Assembly (NCBI GenBank): GCA_900319915.1 | Contig: ONQI01000103.1 | Coordinates: 1 to 37,093 of the forward strand | Length of the DNA stretch: 37,093 bases | Origin: an uncultured Campylobacter sp. | GTDB taxonomy: Bacteria; Campylobacterota; Campylobacteria; Campylobacterales; Campylobacteraceae | Direction of reading: 5' to 3' | In this document: one piece after another, positions 8,216-18,976 of the stretch | How the letters are laid out: each line of letters opens with the position of its first letter | Numbering within the stretch: the stretch's first letter is position 1 | The notes under the pieces: model-generated | The model's database searches: none | Seen by the model: only the letters and a program-made list of their open reading frames with translations | Told to the model about the DNA's origin: nothing | Made by a program: the position numbers and the translations under genes

Positions 8216-9250
8216 ATGAGAAAATACAACGTCGCCGTCGTGGGTGCAACAGGTGCCGTGGGCGAGGAGATTTTTAGGGTTTTGGGCGAGATGAACTTCC
8301 CCGTCGCGGATTTATTGCCGCTTGCGAGCGAACGCAGCGCGGGCAGTGAAATAGAGTTTGGCGGCAAAAAATACAAAGTCGCCCTTCTCACCGACACTGT
8401 TTTTGAAGAGCACGATGTCGATATCGCGTTTTTTAGCGCGGGCGGCAGCGTGAGCGCGCATTACGCGCCGTTGGCGGCCGCTAGCGGAGCGGTCGTCATT
8501 GACAACACAAGCCACTTCCGTATGGATCCCGAGGTTCCATTAGTCGTCCCAGAGTGTAATCCAGGCGACGTCGCGCAGTGGACAAACAAAGGCATTATCG
8601 CCAACCCTAACTGCTCAACTATTCAAATGGTGCAAGTTCTCAAACCGCTCAACGACGCGTTTGGCATTCGCCGCGTAGACGTGAGCACTTATCAAGCCAC
8701 TAGCGGCGCGGGTCACAAGGGTATGGAAGAGCTCGTTTTGCAGATGCAAAAATTCTTCGAGTTCAAGCTCGACGAGTGCGAGCCAAAGGCATTCGCGCAC
8801 CAAATCGCGCTAAACGTGATTCCGCATATCGACGTATTTCAAGACAACGGCTACACCAAAGAAGAAATGAAAATGGTTAATGAAACCCAAAAAATTCTTC
8901 ACAAAAAAATGGAAGTTAGCGCTACTTGCGTGCGCGTGCCGGTACTTCGCAGCCACAGCGAGGCGATTACCATCGTTTTCGAACGCGACGTCACCGCAGA
9001 GGCCGCTAGAGAAGTCCTTTCTCACGCTCCTAGCGTCGTAGTCCAAGACGATCCTAGCAAAAATATCTATCCTATGCCGATTTGGGCGAGCGATACAAAC
9101 GAAACCTACGTGGGTCGCATACGCGTAGATAATTATCAAAGCAACATTTTGCATCTTTGGTGCGCCGCCGATCAAATCCGCGTCGGAGCGGCTACAAACG
9201 CCGTGCGCATCGCTCAAATTTGGTGCAAAAATCAAGAAGAGCAAGCATGA
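8216..9250 (+). CDS. asd: Aspartate-semialdehyde dehydrogenase
   Basis: [42 protein letters not shown]. Confidence 0.97.
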   Translation: MRKYNVAVVGATGAVGEEIFRVLGEMNFPVADLLPLASERSAGSEIEFGGKKYKVALLTDTVFEEHDVDIAFFSAGGSVSAHYAPLAAASGAVVIDNTSHFRMDPEVPLVVPECNPGDVAQWTNKGIIANPNCSTIQMVQVLKPLNDAFGIRRVDVSTYQATSGAGHKGMEELVLQMQKFFEFKLDECEPKAFAHQIALNVIPHIDVFQDNGYTKEEMKMVNETQKILHKKMEVSATCVRVPVLRSHSEAITIVFERDVTAEAAREVLSHAPSVVVQDDPSKNIYPMPIWASDTNETYVGRIRVDNYQSNILHLWCAADQIRVGAATNAVRIAQIWCKNQEEQA

Positions 9251-10278
9251 TTTTCGTCGACGCATGCTATGGTAAACCCACTCCATACACGCCTGTGTGG
9301 ATGATGAGGCAAGCGGGGCGTTATTTGCCCGAATACCGCGCTCTCCGCGCCAGCACTAGCGATTTTGTCGCGTTTTGCCGCGATAGCGAGAAAGCCGCCG
9401 AAGCCACGCTCCAACCGGTGCGCGCACTGGATGTGGACGCGGCGATTATTTTTAGCGATATTCTTGTGGTGCCCCTTGAAATGGGTATGGGCTTGCGTTT
9501 TGAAGCCGGCGTCGGTCCGATATTTGACGCGCCTATCGCGAGCCTAGAAGATCTCGACAGACTAAAAGGCGAGCGCGCCGTCGAAAAGCTAGACTATATG
9601 TATGACGCGATCAAAATCGCGCGTTCAAATTTGAACCCCGATAAAGCGCTCATCGGTTTTTGCGGCGCGCCTTGGACGCTTGCGACTTACATGGTCGAGG
9701 GGCGAGGCACGAAGACCTACACCGTCGTCAAAAAAATGCTTTACCAAAACCCCCAACTTTTGCACTCGATTTTGCGCAAAGTCACAAACGCGCTCAAAGG
9801 TTTCCTCGACGAGCAAATCAAAGCGGGCGTAAACGCCGTGCAGATTTTTGATAGTTGGGCGGGCGCGCTTGAAGAAAGCGCTTATTTGGAGTTCGGATTT
9901 AGCTATCTTGACGAGCTTTGCGCGCACGTCAAAGAAAACCACCCGGGCGTGCCGGTCATAGCTTTCCCAAAAGGCGTGGGCGCGTATATTTCAAATTTGA
10001 AAGGCCACTTCGACGTATTTGGCGTGGATTGGGGAACGCCGATGAAAGCCGCCAAAGAAGCTCTTGGCGCAGACTACGTGCTTCAAGGCAATATGGAGCC
10101 GACTCGCCTTTACGATACGCTCGCTATAGAAGAGGGCGTCGATAGCGTGCTAAGCGTCATGCGCGGCAAACGCCATATTTTCAACCTCGGTCACGGCATT
10201 TTGCCGGACGTCCCGGTAGAAAACGCCAAATATTTTATCGACTACGTGCGCAAGACGTCTGCGAAATACTGCAAATGA
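9247..10278 (+). CDS. hemE: Uroporphyrinogen decarboxylase
   Basis: [28 protein letters not shown]. Start reassigned to ATG 9247, which overlaps the asd stop (ATGA). Confidence 0.96.
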   Translation: MIFVDACYGKPTPYTPVWMMRQAGRYLPEYRALRASTSDFVAFCRDSEKAAEATLQPVRALDVDAAIIFSDILVVPLEMGMGLRFEAGVGPIFDAPIASLEDLDRLKGERAVEKLDYMYDAIKIARSNLNPDKALIGFCGAPWTLATYMVEGRGTKTYTVVKKMLYQNPQLLHSILRKVTNALKGFLDEQIKAGVNAVQIFDSWAGALEESAYLEFGFSYLDELCAHVKENHPGVPVIAFPKGVGAYISNLKGHFDVFGVDWGTPMKAAKEALGADYVLQGNMEPTRLYDTLAIEEGVDSVLSVMRGKRHIFNLGHGILPDVPVENAKYFIDYVRKTSAKYCK

Positions 10279-11177
10279 AATATATTTTCGGCCCGGTGAG
10301 TTCGCGCCGCTTTGGCGCGTCGCTGGGCGTGGATTTGAGCCCGGGGGCGAAATGCTGTAACTTTGACTGTCTTTATTGCGAGCTTGGCAAGGGTAGAGTT
10401 AAGGACGCGATAGAAAATCCGCCGACCGTCGCCGAGGTCGCCCGCGAGCTAAAAACAGCGCTTGAAGAGTTCCCAAACATCGACGTTATCACTCTTACCG
10501 CGAAGGGCGAACCGACTTTGTATCCAAATTTGAAAGAGCTAGTCGCGCGCGTAAACGAACTCAAAACCACTCAAAAGACGCTCATTCTCTCCAATGGCAC
10601 AGTCGCGCTTTATCCGGAGCGGCTTGCGGCGTTAAAAGGGCTCGACATAGTCAAATTTAGCCTTGATAGCGCGGTTGCAAAGACTTTTCGCCGTATCGAT
10701 AGAGGGCTTGAAAATTACGATTTGAGCAAAATTATAGAGGGTATGGCGAAGTTCCGCGCGGAATTTCGCGGCGAGCTTGTCATGGAGACGCTGGTACTCG
10801 CTGGATTTAACGATACTGAAGCTGAGTTTAGTGCGTTAAACGAAGCGTTTGCGAGAATAAAACCTGATAGAATCGATATTTCCACGCTCGATCGACCGCC
10901 GGCTTACGACGTAGGGGGCGTGAGCGAAGAGCGACTTAGAGAGCTAGCCAGGTTAATTACCGCCGCGCCCGTTTTTGTAGCTACTCGTCATCCGCTCGCG
11001 CAGAAAATGGATTATTCGTTAGAAGAACTCGAAAAACTTCTCGCCCTCCGCCCGCAAAGCAAATTTGACGTGGAAAATAATTTTAGCGAAGCGGCGAAGT
11101 CAAATTTGAACGCGCTTTTAGAACGCGGTATCACCCGCCGCGAAACGCTGGCAGGGATGGAATTCTACCGCGTGTAA
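10275..11177 (+). CDS. Radical SAM protein
   Basis: [25 protein letters not shown] (CxxxCxxC), GEPTL. Confidence 0.9.
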   Translation: MKYIFGPVSSRRFGASLGVDLSPGAKCCNFDCLYCELGKGRVKDAIENPPTVAEVARELKTALEEFPNIDVITLTAKGEPTLYPNLKELVARVNELKTTQKTLILSNGTVALYPERLAALKGLDIVKFSLDSAVAKTFRRIDRGLENYDLSKIIEGMAKFRAEFRGELVMETLVLAGFNDTEAEFSALNEAFARIKPDRIDISTLDRPPAYDVGGVSEERLRELARLITAAPVFVATRHPLAQKMDYSLEELEKLLALRPQSKFDVENNFSEAAKSNLNALLERGITRRETLAGMEFYRV

Positions 11178-11431
11178 TTCAAATTTGAAAAATAGGTTTT
11201 TCTTATCCCGCCCATTCTCCAAGCGTCTTCGCGTTGCTATCAGTTGAGAGCGCGTTGTGGCGAGTAAAACGAGCGTGGCAATCTCGTCTTTGAATTACCA
11301 AAACGCTCAATTCAAATTTGAATTATAATTCATAGTCGAGATTTTGCCTCGCCGCGCTCGCAATTGCAAGCCCAAGCCGCGTTCCTTTCGCGGCGCGTTA
11401 GGGATAAGAAAACCGACTATTCAAATTTGAA
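11178..11431. mobile_element. MITE/REP-like nested palindromic element (family A, copy 1)
   Basis: Imperfect 31-32 bp terminal inverted repeats starting with TTCAAATTTGAA, inner inverted repeat 11273-11297/11326-11352, no coding capacity. Homologous to 26539-26739. Confidence 0.65.
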
Positions 11432-11518
11432 CTTGCAATGACGACGACCCGTTTCAAATTTGAATTATAGAGTAAGAGCGAGAGGGATTTCAAATTTGAA
11501 TATTTCAAATTTGAACTT

Positions 11519-11546
11519 GCGGCGCAAACAAACTCGCGCCGCTTTT
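11519..11546 (+). terminator. Hairpin/terminator between convergent radical SAM gene and ppa
   Basis: GCGGCGC-N10-GCGCCGC followed by TTTT. Confidence 0.5.
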
Positions 11547-11549
11547 GGA

Positions 11550-12068
11550 TTATTTGTAGTTTTTGATGGCTTTATCTAGGATTTCTTCGGCGGCTTTCGC
11601 GTCTTTAAATCCCGTTACTTTCACCCATTTGCCAGGTTCTAGCAATTTATAGGTTTCAAAGAAGTTTTTAATACGCGCCAAAGTCGCTTTTGGTAGGTCG
11701 TCGAGCGATTTGATTTCGTCGTAGCGAGGGTCGATTTTGGTGGTTGGGACGGCGATGAGTTTTTCGTCCATGCCAGCTTCGTCCTCCATGACAAGCACGC
11801 CCACTAGACGGCACGGAATGACCGCTCCGGCTTGCACCGCGTAGTCGCTGATGACGAGGATATCGGCAGGATCGCCGTCCGCGGCTAGCGTGCTAGGCAC
11901 GAAGCCATAGTTGGCCGGATACATTACGCTAGAATATAGCACGCGATCTACGCACACCGCGCCGCTTTCTTTGTCGAGTTCGTATTTGATGTTCGAGCCG
12001 TATGGAATTTCGATGACGGCGTTGAGTTTGTCGGGGTTTGAGCCGGTTTTGATTTTTGTTACGTCCAT
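11550..12068 (-). CDS. ppa: Inorganic pyrophosphatase (family I)
   Basis: IEIPYGSNIKYE, YPANYGF, DGDPADI, DEKLIAV. Confidence 0.97.
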   Translation of the reverse strand: MDVTKIKTGSNPDKLNAVIEIPYGSNIKYELDKESGAVCVDRVLYSSVMYPANYGFVPSTLAADGDPADILVISDYAVQAGAVIPCRLVGVLVMEDEAGMDEKLIAVPTTKIDPRYDEIKSLDDLPKATLARIKNFFETYKLLEPGKWVKVTGFKDAKAAEEILDKAIKNYK

Positions 12069-12078
12069 TTTTGCGTCC

Positions 12079-12648
12079 TTATTTCAAATTTGAAAGCAGA
12101 TTTTTCATATCCGCTACGATTTCTTCGATAGTGCGCTCGCCGTTTATGCGGTGAAGCAAGCCTTTTTCACCATAAAAGCCGCGAATAGCCTCGATTGGGT
12201 CAAGATAAACTTTCATACGATTATTGAATACTTCGTTATTATCGTCCGCTCCGCGTGCGCGTCCGAGGACTCTGGCGCGAGCGGTGTCTTCGCTCACGTC
12301 TACTTCGATGACGCCGGCGAGCTCTACGTCGTCGTTTGCGACGAGGACTTTGTCTAGCTCTGTCATTTGCTCGACGCTGCGAGGGTAGCCGTCGATGAGG
12401 ATGAGGTCTTTGTCGCTTGATTTGATAGCCGAAACGATAGTATTTACGACTACGTCAAGGGGCACTAGGTTGCCTTTGGAGATGAAGCTATCGATGAGTT
12501 TGCCTAGGTCGCTACCTTTGGCGACTTCGGCGCGGAGTAGGTCGCCCGTGGAATAATGCGCGTAAGTTTTGTCGTTTTGCGCGATTATGCTCGCGTCGGT
12601 GGTTTTGCCGCTACCAGGAGCGCCGATGATGAGGAATAGTTTTTTCAT
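12079..12648 (-). CDS. adk: Adenylate kinase (short LID)
   Basis: [23 protein letters not shown]. Start reassigned to ATG 12648 overlapping the aspS stop. Confidence 0.95.
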   Translation of the reverse strand: MKKLFLIIGAPGSGKTTDASIIAQNDKTYAHYSTGDLLRAEVAKGSDLGKLIDSFISKGNLVPLDVVVNTIVSAIKSSDKDLILIDGYPRSVEQMTELDKVLVANDDVELAGVIEVDVSEDTARARVLGRARGADDNNEVFNNRMKVYLDPIEAIRGFYGEKGLLHRINGERTIEEIVADMKNLLSNLK

Positions 12649-14399
12649 TTTTCTTCCTTTTCTTTGATTTTGAGTTCTAGTTCCCTTAGCTGCTCTTTTG
12701 ATACGGGACTTGGCGCTTTGGTCATAAGGCACGCGGCCTTTTGCGTCTTAGGGAAGGCGATGACGTCGCGAATACTCTCCGAGCCCGTTACAAGCATGAT
12801 GAGGCGGTCAAGTCCGATAGCGATACCGCCGTGCGGAGGCGCGCCAAAGCTGAGCGCGTCGAGTAGGAAGCCAAATTTCTCTCTTTGTTCGGCTTCGTCG
12901 ATTTTGAGGAGTTTGAACACTTTTTGTTGGACGTCGTTTTTGTGGATACGAATCGAGCCACCGCCCAGCTCTACGCCATTTAGAACCACGTCGTAAGCGA
13001 TAGAAGTAATGTCCTCGATATCTGGCTCGTCGGGGTTGTTTGGCATGGTGAACGGATGGTGCATCGCAGAATACGTGCCGTCGTCATTGCGCTCAAACAT
13101 TGGGAAATCTAGCACCCAAGTGAATTCTAGGCGTTTTGGATCGATGAGATTTAGTTCGTTGGCTAGGAAAATTCTAAATCTGCCCATATAATCGAGCACG
13201 GTTTTTTTGTCTCCCACGCCGAAAAAGACCACGTCGCCGACTTTTAGGTCGCAGCGGCGAACGAGTTCGTCCACGTCGCTTTGCTCGAAAAATTTAACGA
13301 GCGGACCTTTTAGACCGTCTTCTTTGACTTGGATAAAAGCAAGACCCTTCGCGCCAAATTTGCGGACGTATTCTTCAAAGCCTTGCATTTGGCGTTTGCT
13401 AAAGATTTTATCGCCGCCAGGGACGACTATGGCTTTGGCGCGATTGCGTTTAACGTCCTTTGCCGGTTCGCTAAAAATCGCGTTTGTCGAGCGCGCGAAA
13501 ATATCGGCTACGTCGATGAATGGCAAACCAAAACGCAAGTCCGGTTTGTCGCTGCCGTAAGTCTCCATCGCGTCTTTATACTGCATGCGAGGGAACGGAG
13601 TCTTCACATCGTGTCCGCATGCGGCAAAAACGTCTTTGAGGAAGGTCTCGGCGACTTTTATAACGTCTTCTTGTGTGCAAAAGCTCATCTCGACGTCAAT
13701 TTGGGTGAATTCCGGTTGGCGATCGGCTCTCAAATCCTCGTCGCGAAAACAACGCGCGATTTGGAAATATTTGTCAAATCCCGCGCACATAAGAAGTTGT
13801 TTGAACAATTGCGGGCTTTGCGGGAGCGCGTAAAAACTGCCCGGATACACGCGGCTAGGCACGAGATAATCGCGCGCGCCCTCAGGCGTGGCGCGGGTAA
13901 GCATAGGCGTTTCAACCTCGATAAATCCTAGTTTTGCTAGCGAATTTCGGCACGCGATTGCGGCTTTGGAGCGCATTTCAAATTTGGCGAACGCGTCTTC
14001 TTTGCGAAGGTCTAAAAATCTATATTTGAGGCGCACGTCTTCGCCGACGTTTGGATCGCCGATGACAAACGGAAGCGGCGCGGATTCGTTTTCGATGACG
14101 AGTTCGTCTACGACGACTTCGATTTCTCCGGTTTTTAATTTAGGGTTGGTTAGCCCTTCGCCGCGAGCTCTGACCGTGCCGCTGGCGCGTAGGACGTATT
14201 CGTCGCGCACGCGCGAGCCGACTTCGTGAGCTTGCTTGCTATCTGCCGGGTCGCAGACGAGTTGGATTAGCCCCGTGCGGTCGCGCAAATCTATAAAAAT
14301 AACCCCGCCGTGGTCGCGATACGAGTTTGCCCAGCCGCAAAGCTGAACCTTCGCGCCAATATCGGCCACGCCAAGGTCGGTGCAGTAATGACTACGCAT
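12645..14399 (-). CDS. aspS: Aspartate--tRNA ligase (probably non-discriminating)
   Basis: [59 protein letters not shown]. Confidence 0.98.
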   Translation of the reverse strand: MRSHYCTDLGVADIGAKVQLCGWANSYRDHGGVIFIDLRDRTGLIQLVCDPADSKQAHEVGSRVRDEYVLRASGTVRARGEGLTNPKLKTGEIEVVVDELVIENESAPLPFVIGDPNVGEDVRLKYRFLDLRKEDAFAKFEMRSKAAIACRNSLAKLGFIEVETPMLTRATPEGARDYLVPSRVYPGSFYALPQSPQLFKQLLMCAGFDKYFQIARCFRDEDLRADRQPEFTQIDVEMSFCTQEDVIKVAETFLKDVFAACGHDVKTPFPRMQYKDAMETYGSDKPDLRFGLPFIDVADIFARSTNAIFSEPAKDVKRNRAKAIVVPGGDKIFSKRQMQGFEEYVRKFGAKGLAFIQVKEDGLKGPLVKFFEQSDVDELVRRCDLKVGDVVFFGVGDKKTVLDYMGRFRIFLANELNLIDPKRLEFTWVLDFPMFERNDDGTYSAMHHPFTMPNNPDEPDIEDITSIAYDVVLNGVELGGGSIRIHKNDVQQKVFKLLKIDEAEQREKFGFLLDALSFGAPPHGGIAIGLDRLIMLVTGSESIRDVIAFPKTQKAACLMTKAPSPVSKEQLRELELKIKEKEEK

Positions 14400-14427
14400 G
14401 GTTTTCCTTTCGTGTGATAAAGCCGTG

Positions 14428-14433
14428 ATTATA
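14428..14433 (-). promoter_or_regulatory. -10 box for aspS-adk-ppa
   Basis: TATAAT on the minus strand about 29 nt upstream of the aspS ATG; AAGGA RBS present. Confidence 0.55.
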
Positions 14434-14488
14434 TTACAAGTTTGCTAAATTTAGCCCTAAATTTGAGCTTTTTTAAGCAATTTTTTTA

Positions 14489-14494
14489 TAAAAT
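14489..14494 (+). promoter_or_regulatory. -10 box for nadK-recN
   Basis: TAAAAT preceded by TTTTAAGCAATTTTTTT. Confidence 0.5.
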
Positions 14495-14511
14495 CGCGGG
14501 TAGGAAAAGAA

Positions 14512-15372
14512 ATGGAAAAAATAGAGAAAAACTTAAAATCGGTATTCGTGGTATCTAGAAACGGCGCGACGCAAATAGACGCATTGAAGCGATTAGAGCG
14601 CATTTTGACCGGATTTGGACTGGATGCGATTTTCGAGCCCGCTCTCGCGGCGGCTTTGGGGAGGGAGAGTAATTCAAATTTGAATTATGACGAGCCTAGG
14701 TTCGTCCTTTCTTTAGGTGGAGACGGCAATTTTATCGGCGCGTGTCGCAGGTTTGCGGGCAAAAACGCCTATATTTTTGGCGTGCATACGGGGCATTTGG
14801 GCTTTCTCACGGACGTTACGCTAGACGAGCTTGGCGGTTTTTTAGCGCGGTTTTTTGAGGGCGATTACAAAGTCGAAAGCGTGAGGCTACTCGAAGCGCG
14901 TTTCAAAAAAGACTCCAAAATCACTTTCAAACACGCTTTTAACGACGTGGTCTTTATGCGAAAAAAAGTCAAATCCACCGCCCATATCGACGCGTATTTT
15001 GAGGGTGAACATTTCAACTCATACTACGGAGACGGCGTAATCGTGAGCTCCGCGATGGGATCGACCGCTTACAATATGAGCGCGGGCGGAGCGATAATCC
15101 ACCCGAGCGCCGACGTTTTCGCACTCACCCCCGTGTGCTCGCACAGCCTCACGCAACGCCCGCTCGTATTGCCGTCCGATTTTCGCGTGGAGTTCCGCTC
15201 GAATGACGACGTGGCGGTGCTCATAGACGGGCAAGACACTTTTGATATGCGAAACTTCGACGGCGTCGAAGTCGGATATGGCGCGGAGTGCGTAAATATC
15301 ATCCACAGGGCCGACCGAGATTATTTCGGAATATTAAAAGAAAAGCTTAGATGGGGGCATTATGATAAGTAG
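14512..15372 (+). CDS. nadK: NAD(+) kinase
   Basis: SLGGDGNF, GHLGFL, FNDVV, GDGVIVSSAMGSTAYNMSAGG. Confidence 0.95.
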   Translation: MEKIEKNLKSVFVVSRNGATQIDALKRLERILTGFGLDAIFEPALAAALGRESNSNLNYDEPRFVLSLGGDGNFIGACRRFAGKNAYIFGVHTGHLGFLTDVTLDELGGFLARFFEGDYKVESVRLLEARFKKDSKITFKHAFNDVVFMRKKVKSTAHIDAYFEGEHFNSYYGDGVIVSSAMGSTAYNMSAGGAIIHPSADVFALTPVCSHSLTQRPLVLPSDFRVEFRSNDDVAVLIDGQDTFDMRNFDGVEVGYGAECVNIIHRADRDYFGILKEKLRWGHYDK

Positions 15373-16900
15373 ACTTTATATAAAAAATCATCCGAGTTTC
15401 GCGCAAACAGAACTCAAATTTGAAAATGGGCTTAGCGTTTTTACGGGCGTCTCTGGCGCGGGAAAATCCGTGCTGATGGACGCGATTTTGAGCGTTTTTG
15501 GTTTCAAAGATAGCGAGGCAAATCTCATTGAAGCGGACGTGAAGCATAAATTTGAAATGGATGAATTCGGTATAGAAAACGAAGAAATTAACGTTTTTAA
15601 GATGCTTCGCAGCTCTTCGGCTAGATATTTTATTAATAACCAAAGTATTTCGAAAAAAAAGCTTGCAAACATTGCCGCGACACATTTAAAATATCTCAGC
15701 GCAAAGCAAATAGACGAGTTTGAAAACGCTAGGTTGCTCGCTGTTTTAGACGAAATAGCAAGAAAGCAAAATCCAAAATTTTTAGGGCTAGTGGAGGATT
15801 TTAGGCTTGTTTTTGGCGCGTTTGGCGAAGCGAAAAAAGAACTTGAAAAAATAAATGCCGACGAAGCAAAAGTCGACGAATTAAAAGAATTTGCCGCGTT
15901 TGAAATACAAAAAATCGATAGCGTAAGTCCAAAAGCGGGCGAACTAGACGAACTTTTGGCGGTGAAAAAACGTATTAGCAAACGCGACAAAATTGAAGAA
16001 GCGTGGGCGCGCGCGGAACCTGTTTTTGCGCTCGAGAGCGCCGTTACCCATGCTCTAGCTTTGAGTGAAATCGACGGGGCGTTTTTTAGCGACGCGATGA
16101 ACGAGCTAAGGGCGGCTAGAGCGGGGCTAACTTTCGACGAGATGAGCGACGACGAAATCGAAAAAATCCTAGACCGCATCGAAGCTCTAAACTCACTGGT
16201 TAAAAGATACGGTAGCGAAGAAGAGGCCCTAGCGGTGCTAGAAACTCGCAAAAAAGAGCTCGCGCGTTATGAAAAAATCGAATTTGAAAAAAGCGAGTTA
16301 GAGGCCAAATTTGAAAGCCTCAAAAAGCAAAGCGAGGATTTGGCGGAAAAAATTTCGACTTCTCGCGCAGCCGCGCTAGGGGAGTTTGAAACCGTGCTAA
16401 ATCGTTATTTGGGCGAACTTTATATGGAAAAAGTTAGCGTCGCACTTGGCGTTTCAAATTTGAATATAAACGGGCGCGATGAAGTAAAAATTAGTCTAAA
16501 CGAAGCCGCGCTTAAAAATTTAAGTAGCGGCGAAATCAACCGCTTGCGCCTCGCTTTTATCGCGAGCGAGGTCGAGATTTTGGGCTTCGGAGAGGGCGTG
16601 CTGATACTAGACGAGATAGATTCAAATTTGAGTGGCAAAGAAGCGATGAGTATAGCCGAGGTGCTCCTTCGCCTCGCTAAATATTACCAAATTTTCGCGA
16701 TTTCGCACCAACCGCAGCTCAGTTCAAAAGCTCACCATCATTTTTTGGTGGAAAAAAGCGGCGGCGAAAGTAGCGTGCGCGAACTCGCTCGCGAAGAGCG
16801 TGTAAAAGAGCTTTCGCGTATGATAAGCGGCGAGAAGATCACCGAGGAAGCGACGCAATTTGCTAAAAAATTATTGGGCGTAAGTTTAAGCAAAGTTTAA
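15362..16900 (+). CDS. recN: DNA repair protein RecN
   Basis: FTGVSGAGKS, coiled coil, LSSGEINRL, LILDEID, ISHQPQL, ELSRMISG. nadK-recN synteny. Confidence 0.93.
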   Translation: MISRLYIKNHPSFAQTELKFENGLSVFTGVSGAGKSVLMDAILSVFGFKDSEANLIEADVKHKFEMDEFGIENEEINVFKMLRSSSARYFINNQSISKKKLANIAATHLKYLSAKQIDEFENARLLAVLDEIARKQNPKFLGLVEDFRLVFGAFGEAKKELEKINADEAKVDELKEFAAFEIQKIDSVSPKAGELDELLAVKKRISKRDKIEEAWARAEPVFALESAVTHALALSEIDGAFFSDAMNELRAARAGLTFDEMSDDEIEKILDRIEALNSLVKRYGSEEEALAVLETRKKELARYEKIEFEKSELEAKFESLKKQSEDLAEKISTSRAAALGEFETVLNRYLGELYMEKVSVALGVSNLNINGRDEVKISLNEAALKNLSSGEINRLRLAFIASEVEILGFGEGVLILDEIDSNLSGKEAMSIAEVLLRLAKYYQIFAISHQPQLSSKAHHHFLVEKSGGESSVRELAREERVKELSRMISGEKITEEATQFAKKLLGVSLSKV

Positions 16901-16941
16901 AAATGCTAAAATATAAAGACGAATTTTTCGAGGAAAATTAG

Positions 16942-18192
16942 ATGAGAGAGAGAATTTTAGTCGTAGACGACAATAAAGCGCTCGCAAAACTAATAGCTAA
17001 AAAAATGGAACAAAACGTCGATATGGATGTCGTTGTGGCGCACAGTTTTAGTGAAGCAAAAGATATTTTGGAAGAAAACGACGACTTTTTTATCGCGCTT
17101 CTTGATCTTAATCTTCCGGATGCGCCAAACGGCGAAATCGTGGACTACGTACTAAGTCTTGGCATTCTTGTTATCGTGCTAACAGGAAGTATGGACGAGG
17201 AGACGAAGAGCGCGTTTATGAGCAAAAATATCGTCGATTACGTCGTCAAAAATAATATGAATAACATAAATTATATCTTCGATATGATTAACCGTATCAG
17301 CAAAAATCGCAATTATAAAGTCATGGTCGTCGATTCCAAAGCCCCGTCGCGAAATATGATCAAGCAGACTCTTACCGCATGGCAATTTCGCGTTTTTACC
17401 GCGGCCCACGGCGAAGAGGCGATGTCGTATCTAGAAGACAATCCCGATATCAAATTTATCATCTGCGAATATCACATGCCGGTCATAGACGGATTTGAGC
17501 TAACCAAACGCGTTCGCGATACGCACGAAAAAGACCAGCTCAGTATTGTGGCTATGCTCGAACAAAACGAAATCGCCGACGCGGCAAAATTTCTTAAAAA
17601 CGGCGCGACCGAGTTTATCCGCAAGCCTTTTACCAAAGAAGAGCTCGTGTGCCGCGTGAATAACTCCATTGAAGTGCTCGAACACGCCAAGCTCCAAAAA
17701 GAATACAAAAGTATCGATTATCTCACGCACCTTGCCAATAGAGAGTATTTTTTTGCCTATCTCAACGATTTGCAAAAATCAGTCGACAGTCGTGTAGTCA
17801 CCGCAGGTTGTATTAACGTCGATAATTTCGCGGACATCTGCGCCGAGCACGGCTACAAAATCGGCGAACTTGCTCTCGAGAAAATCTCGCAAATCATCAT
17901 GGGAAAAGTGGGCAAAACGGGCATAGTTTCGCGCTTTGGTAACGACGAGTTTGGTGTGGAGTTTTACAACATCGGCTACGAGGACGCGCTAAAACGCCTT
18001 GTCGAAATCCGCGGCGAAGTGAGCGCGAACAGAGTCGAAATCACCGACGAAATTAGCTTAAACATGAGCGTCTCAATCGGCGTCGCGAGCGGTGATTTTA
18101 GCGTGAAACCGGAGGCGTTGTTCCGCTCGGCCGGTCTAGCGCTAGAAAAAGCCAAAGTAAACGGCAAAAATCGCGTGGAAATCGCCGAATAG
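16942..18192 (+). CDS. cbrR: Dual-receiver response regulator with degenerate GGDEF domain (CbrR-like)
   Basis: REC1 (ILVVDD...LLDLNLPD), REC2, then a GGDEF-type domain (DYLTHLANR, RFGNDEF, SVSIG, AKVNGKNRV). Located between recN and tatD; TGcTAAAAT promoter at 16904-16912. Confidence 0.85.
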   Translation: MRERILVVDDNKALAKLIAKKMEQNVDMDVVVAHSFSEAKDILEENDDFFIALLDLNLPDAPNGEIVDYVLSLGILVIVLTGSMDEETKSAFMSKNIVDYVVKNNMNNINYIFDMINRISKNRNYKVMVVDSKAPSRNMIKQTLTAWQFRVFTAAHGEEAMSYLEDNPDIKFIICEYHMPVIDGFELTKRVRDTHEKDQLSIVAMLEQNEIADAAKFLKNGATEFIRKPFTKEELVCRVNNSIEVLEHAKLQKEYKSIDYLTHLANREYFFAYLNDLQKSVDSRVVTAGCINVDNFADICAEHGYKIGELALEKISQIIMGKVGKTGIVSRFGNDEFGVEFYNIGYEDALKRLVEIRGEVSANRVEITDEISLNMSVSIGVASGDFSVKPEALFRSAGLALEKAKVNGKNRVEIAE

Positions 18193-18199
18193 GACGCGC

Positions 18200-18967
18200 A
18201 TGATAATCGACACGCACTGCCATCTAGACGATTTCAAATTTGAAAACGATTTGAGCGAGGTCTTAGCAAACGCACGCGCGGCAAACGTCGATAAAATCAT
18301 CATTCCGGGTGCTAATATCAACGATTTACCAAAAGCCGCTAAAATAGCGGACGAGAATGAAAACATTTTTTTTGCGGTGGGCGTGCATCCCGACGAACTC
18401 GCGAATTATTCTAGCGATACTTTGCGCGAGTGGGCGAAGCACCCCAAATGCGTGGCGGTAGGCGAATGCGGGCTGGATTATTATAATCCGCCCGAAGGTT
18501 GCGACATGAGCGTGTACAAGGTGGCGCAAAAAGCTTGTTTTGAAGATCAAATCGCGCTGGCGTGCGAGCTTGATTTGCCTCTTATCGTGCATTGTAGAGA
18601 GGCTAACGAAGACTGTCACGAGATTTTAAAACGCCATTATTCAAATTTGAAAGGCGGCGTGCTGCATTGCTTTAACGCAAGCGAGCTATTTCTCGATTTG
18701 AGCGAGAAGTTTTATTATGGTATAGGCGGCGTGCTGACTTTTAAAAACGCGCGCAAACTTGTCGAGATTTTGCCGCGAATTCCGCTAGAGCGTCTCGTCA
18801 TCGAAACAGATGCGCCATATCTCGCGCCGACCCCGCATAGGGGCGAGCGAAACGAGCCCGCGTTTACACGCCTTGTCGCTCTTAAAATGGCGGAGATTTT
18901 AAACTCTAGCGTGGAGAACATCGAGGAAATCACGAGCGAAAACGCCCGAAGACTTTTTCAAATTTAA
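18200..18967 (+). CDS. tatD: TatD-family DNase
   Basis: IDTHCHL, GVHP, VGECGLDY, HCF, ETDAPYLAP. Confidence 0.93.
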   Translation: MIIDTHCHLDDFKFENDLSEVLANARAANVDKIIIPGANINDLPKAAKIADENENIFFAVGVHPDELANYSSDTLREWAKHPKCVAVGECGLDYYNPPEGCDMSVYKVAQKACFEDQIALACELDLPLIVHCREANEDCHEILKRHYSNLKGGVLHCFNASELFLDLSEKFYYGIGGVLTFKNARKLVEILPRIPLERLVIETDAPYLAPTPHRGERNEPAFTRLVALKMAEILNSSVENIEEITSENARRLFQI

Positions 18968-18976
18968 AGGAGAAAA

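Noticed and set aside
9157-9246. N-terminal extension of hemE in the ORF track
   Set aside because: It overlaps the asd coding sequence; ATG 9247 gives the normal N-terminus with an ATGA overlap.
11420-11515. Four closely spaced 12-mers (and two at 27163-27213) as a CRISPR array
   Set aside because: The repeats are only 12-17 bp, the spacers are irregular (3-24 nt), no cas genes are in view, and the same word is scattered throughout the window.
12649-12732. N-terminal extension of adk in the ORF track
   Set aside because: It lies inside aspS; ATG 12648 has an AAGGAAG RBS and begins just before the P-loop.
15388-16251. 287-aa antisense ORF in recN, and the other short antisense or alternate-frame ORFs in the track
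   Set aside because: These are shadows of well-supported genes, with no recognisable motifs or RBS.
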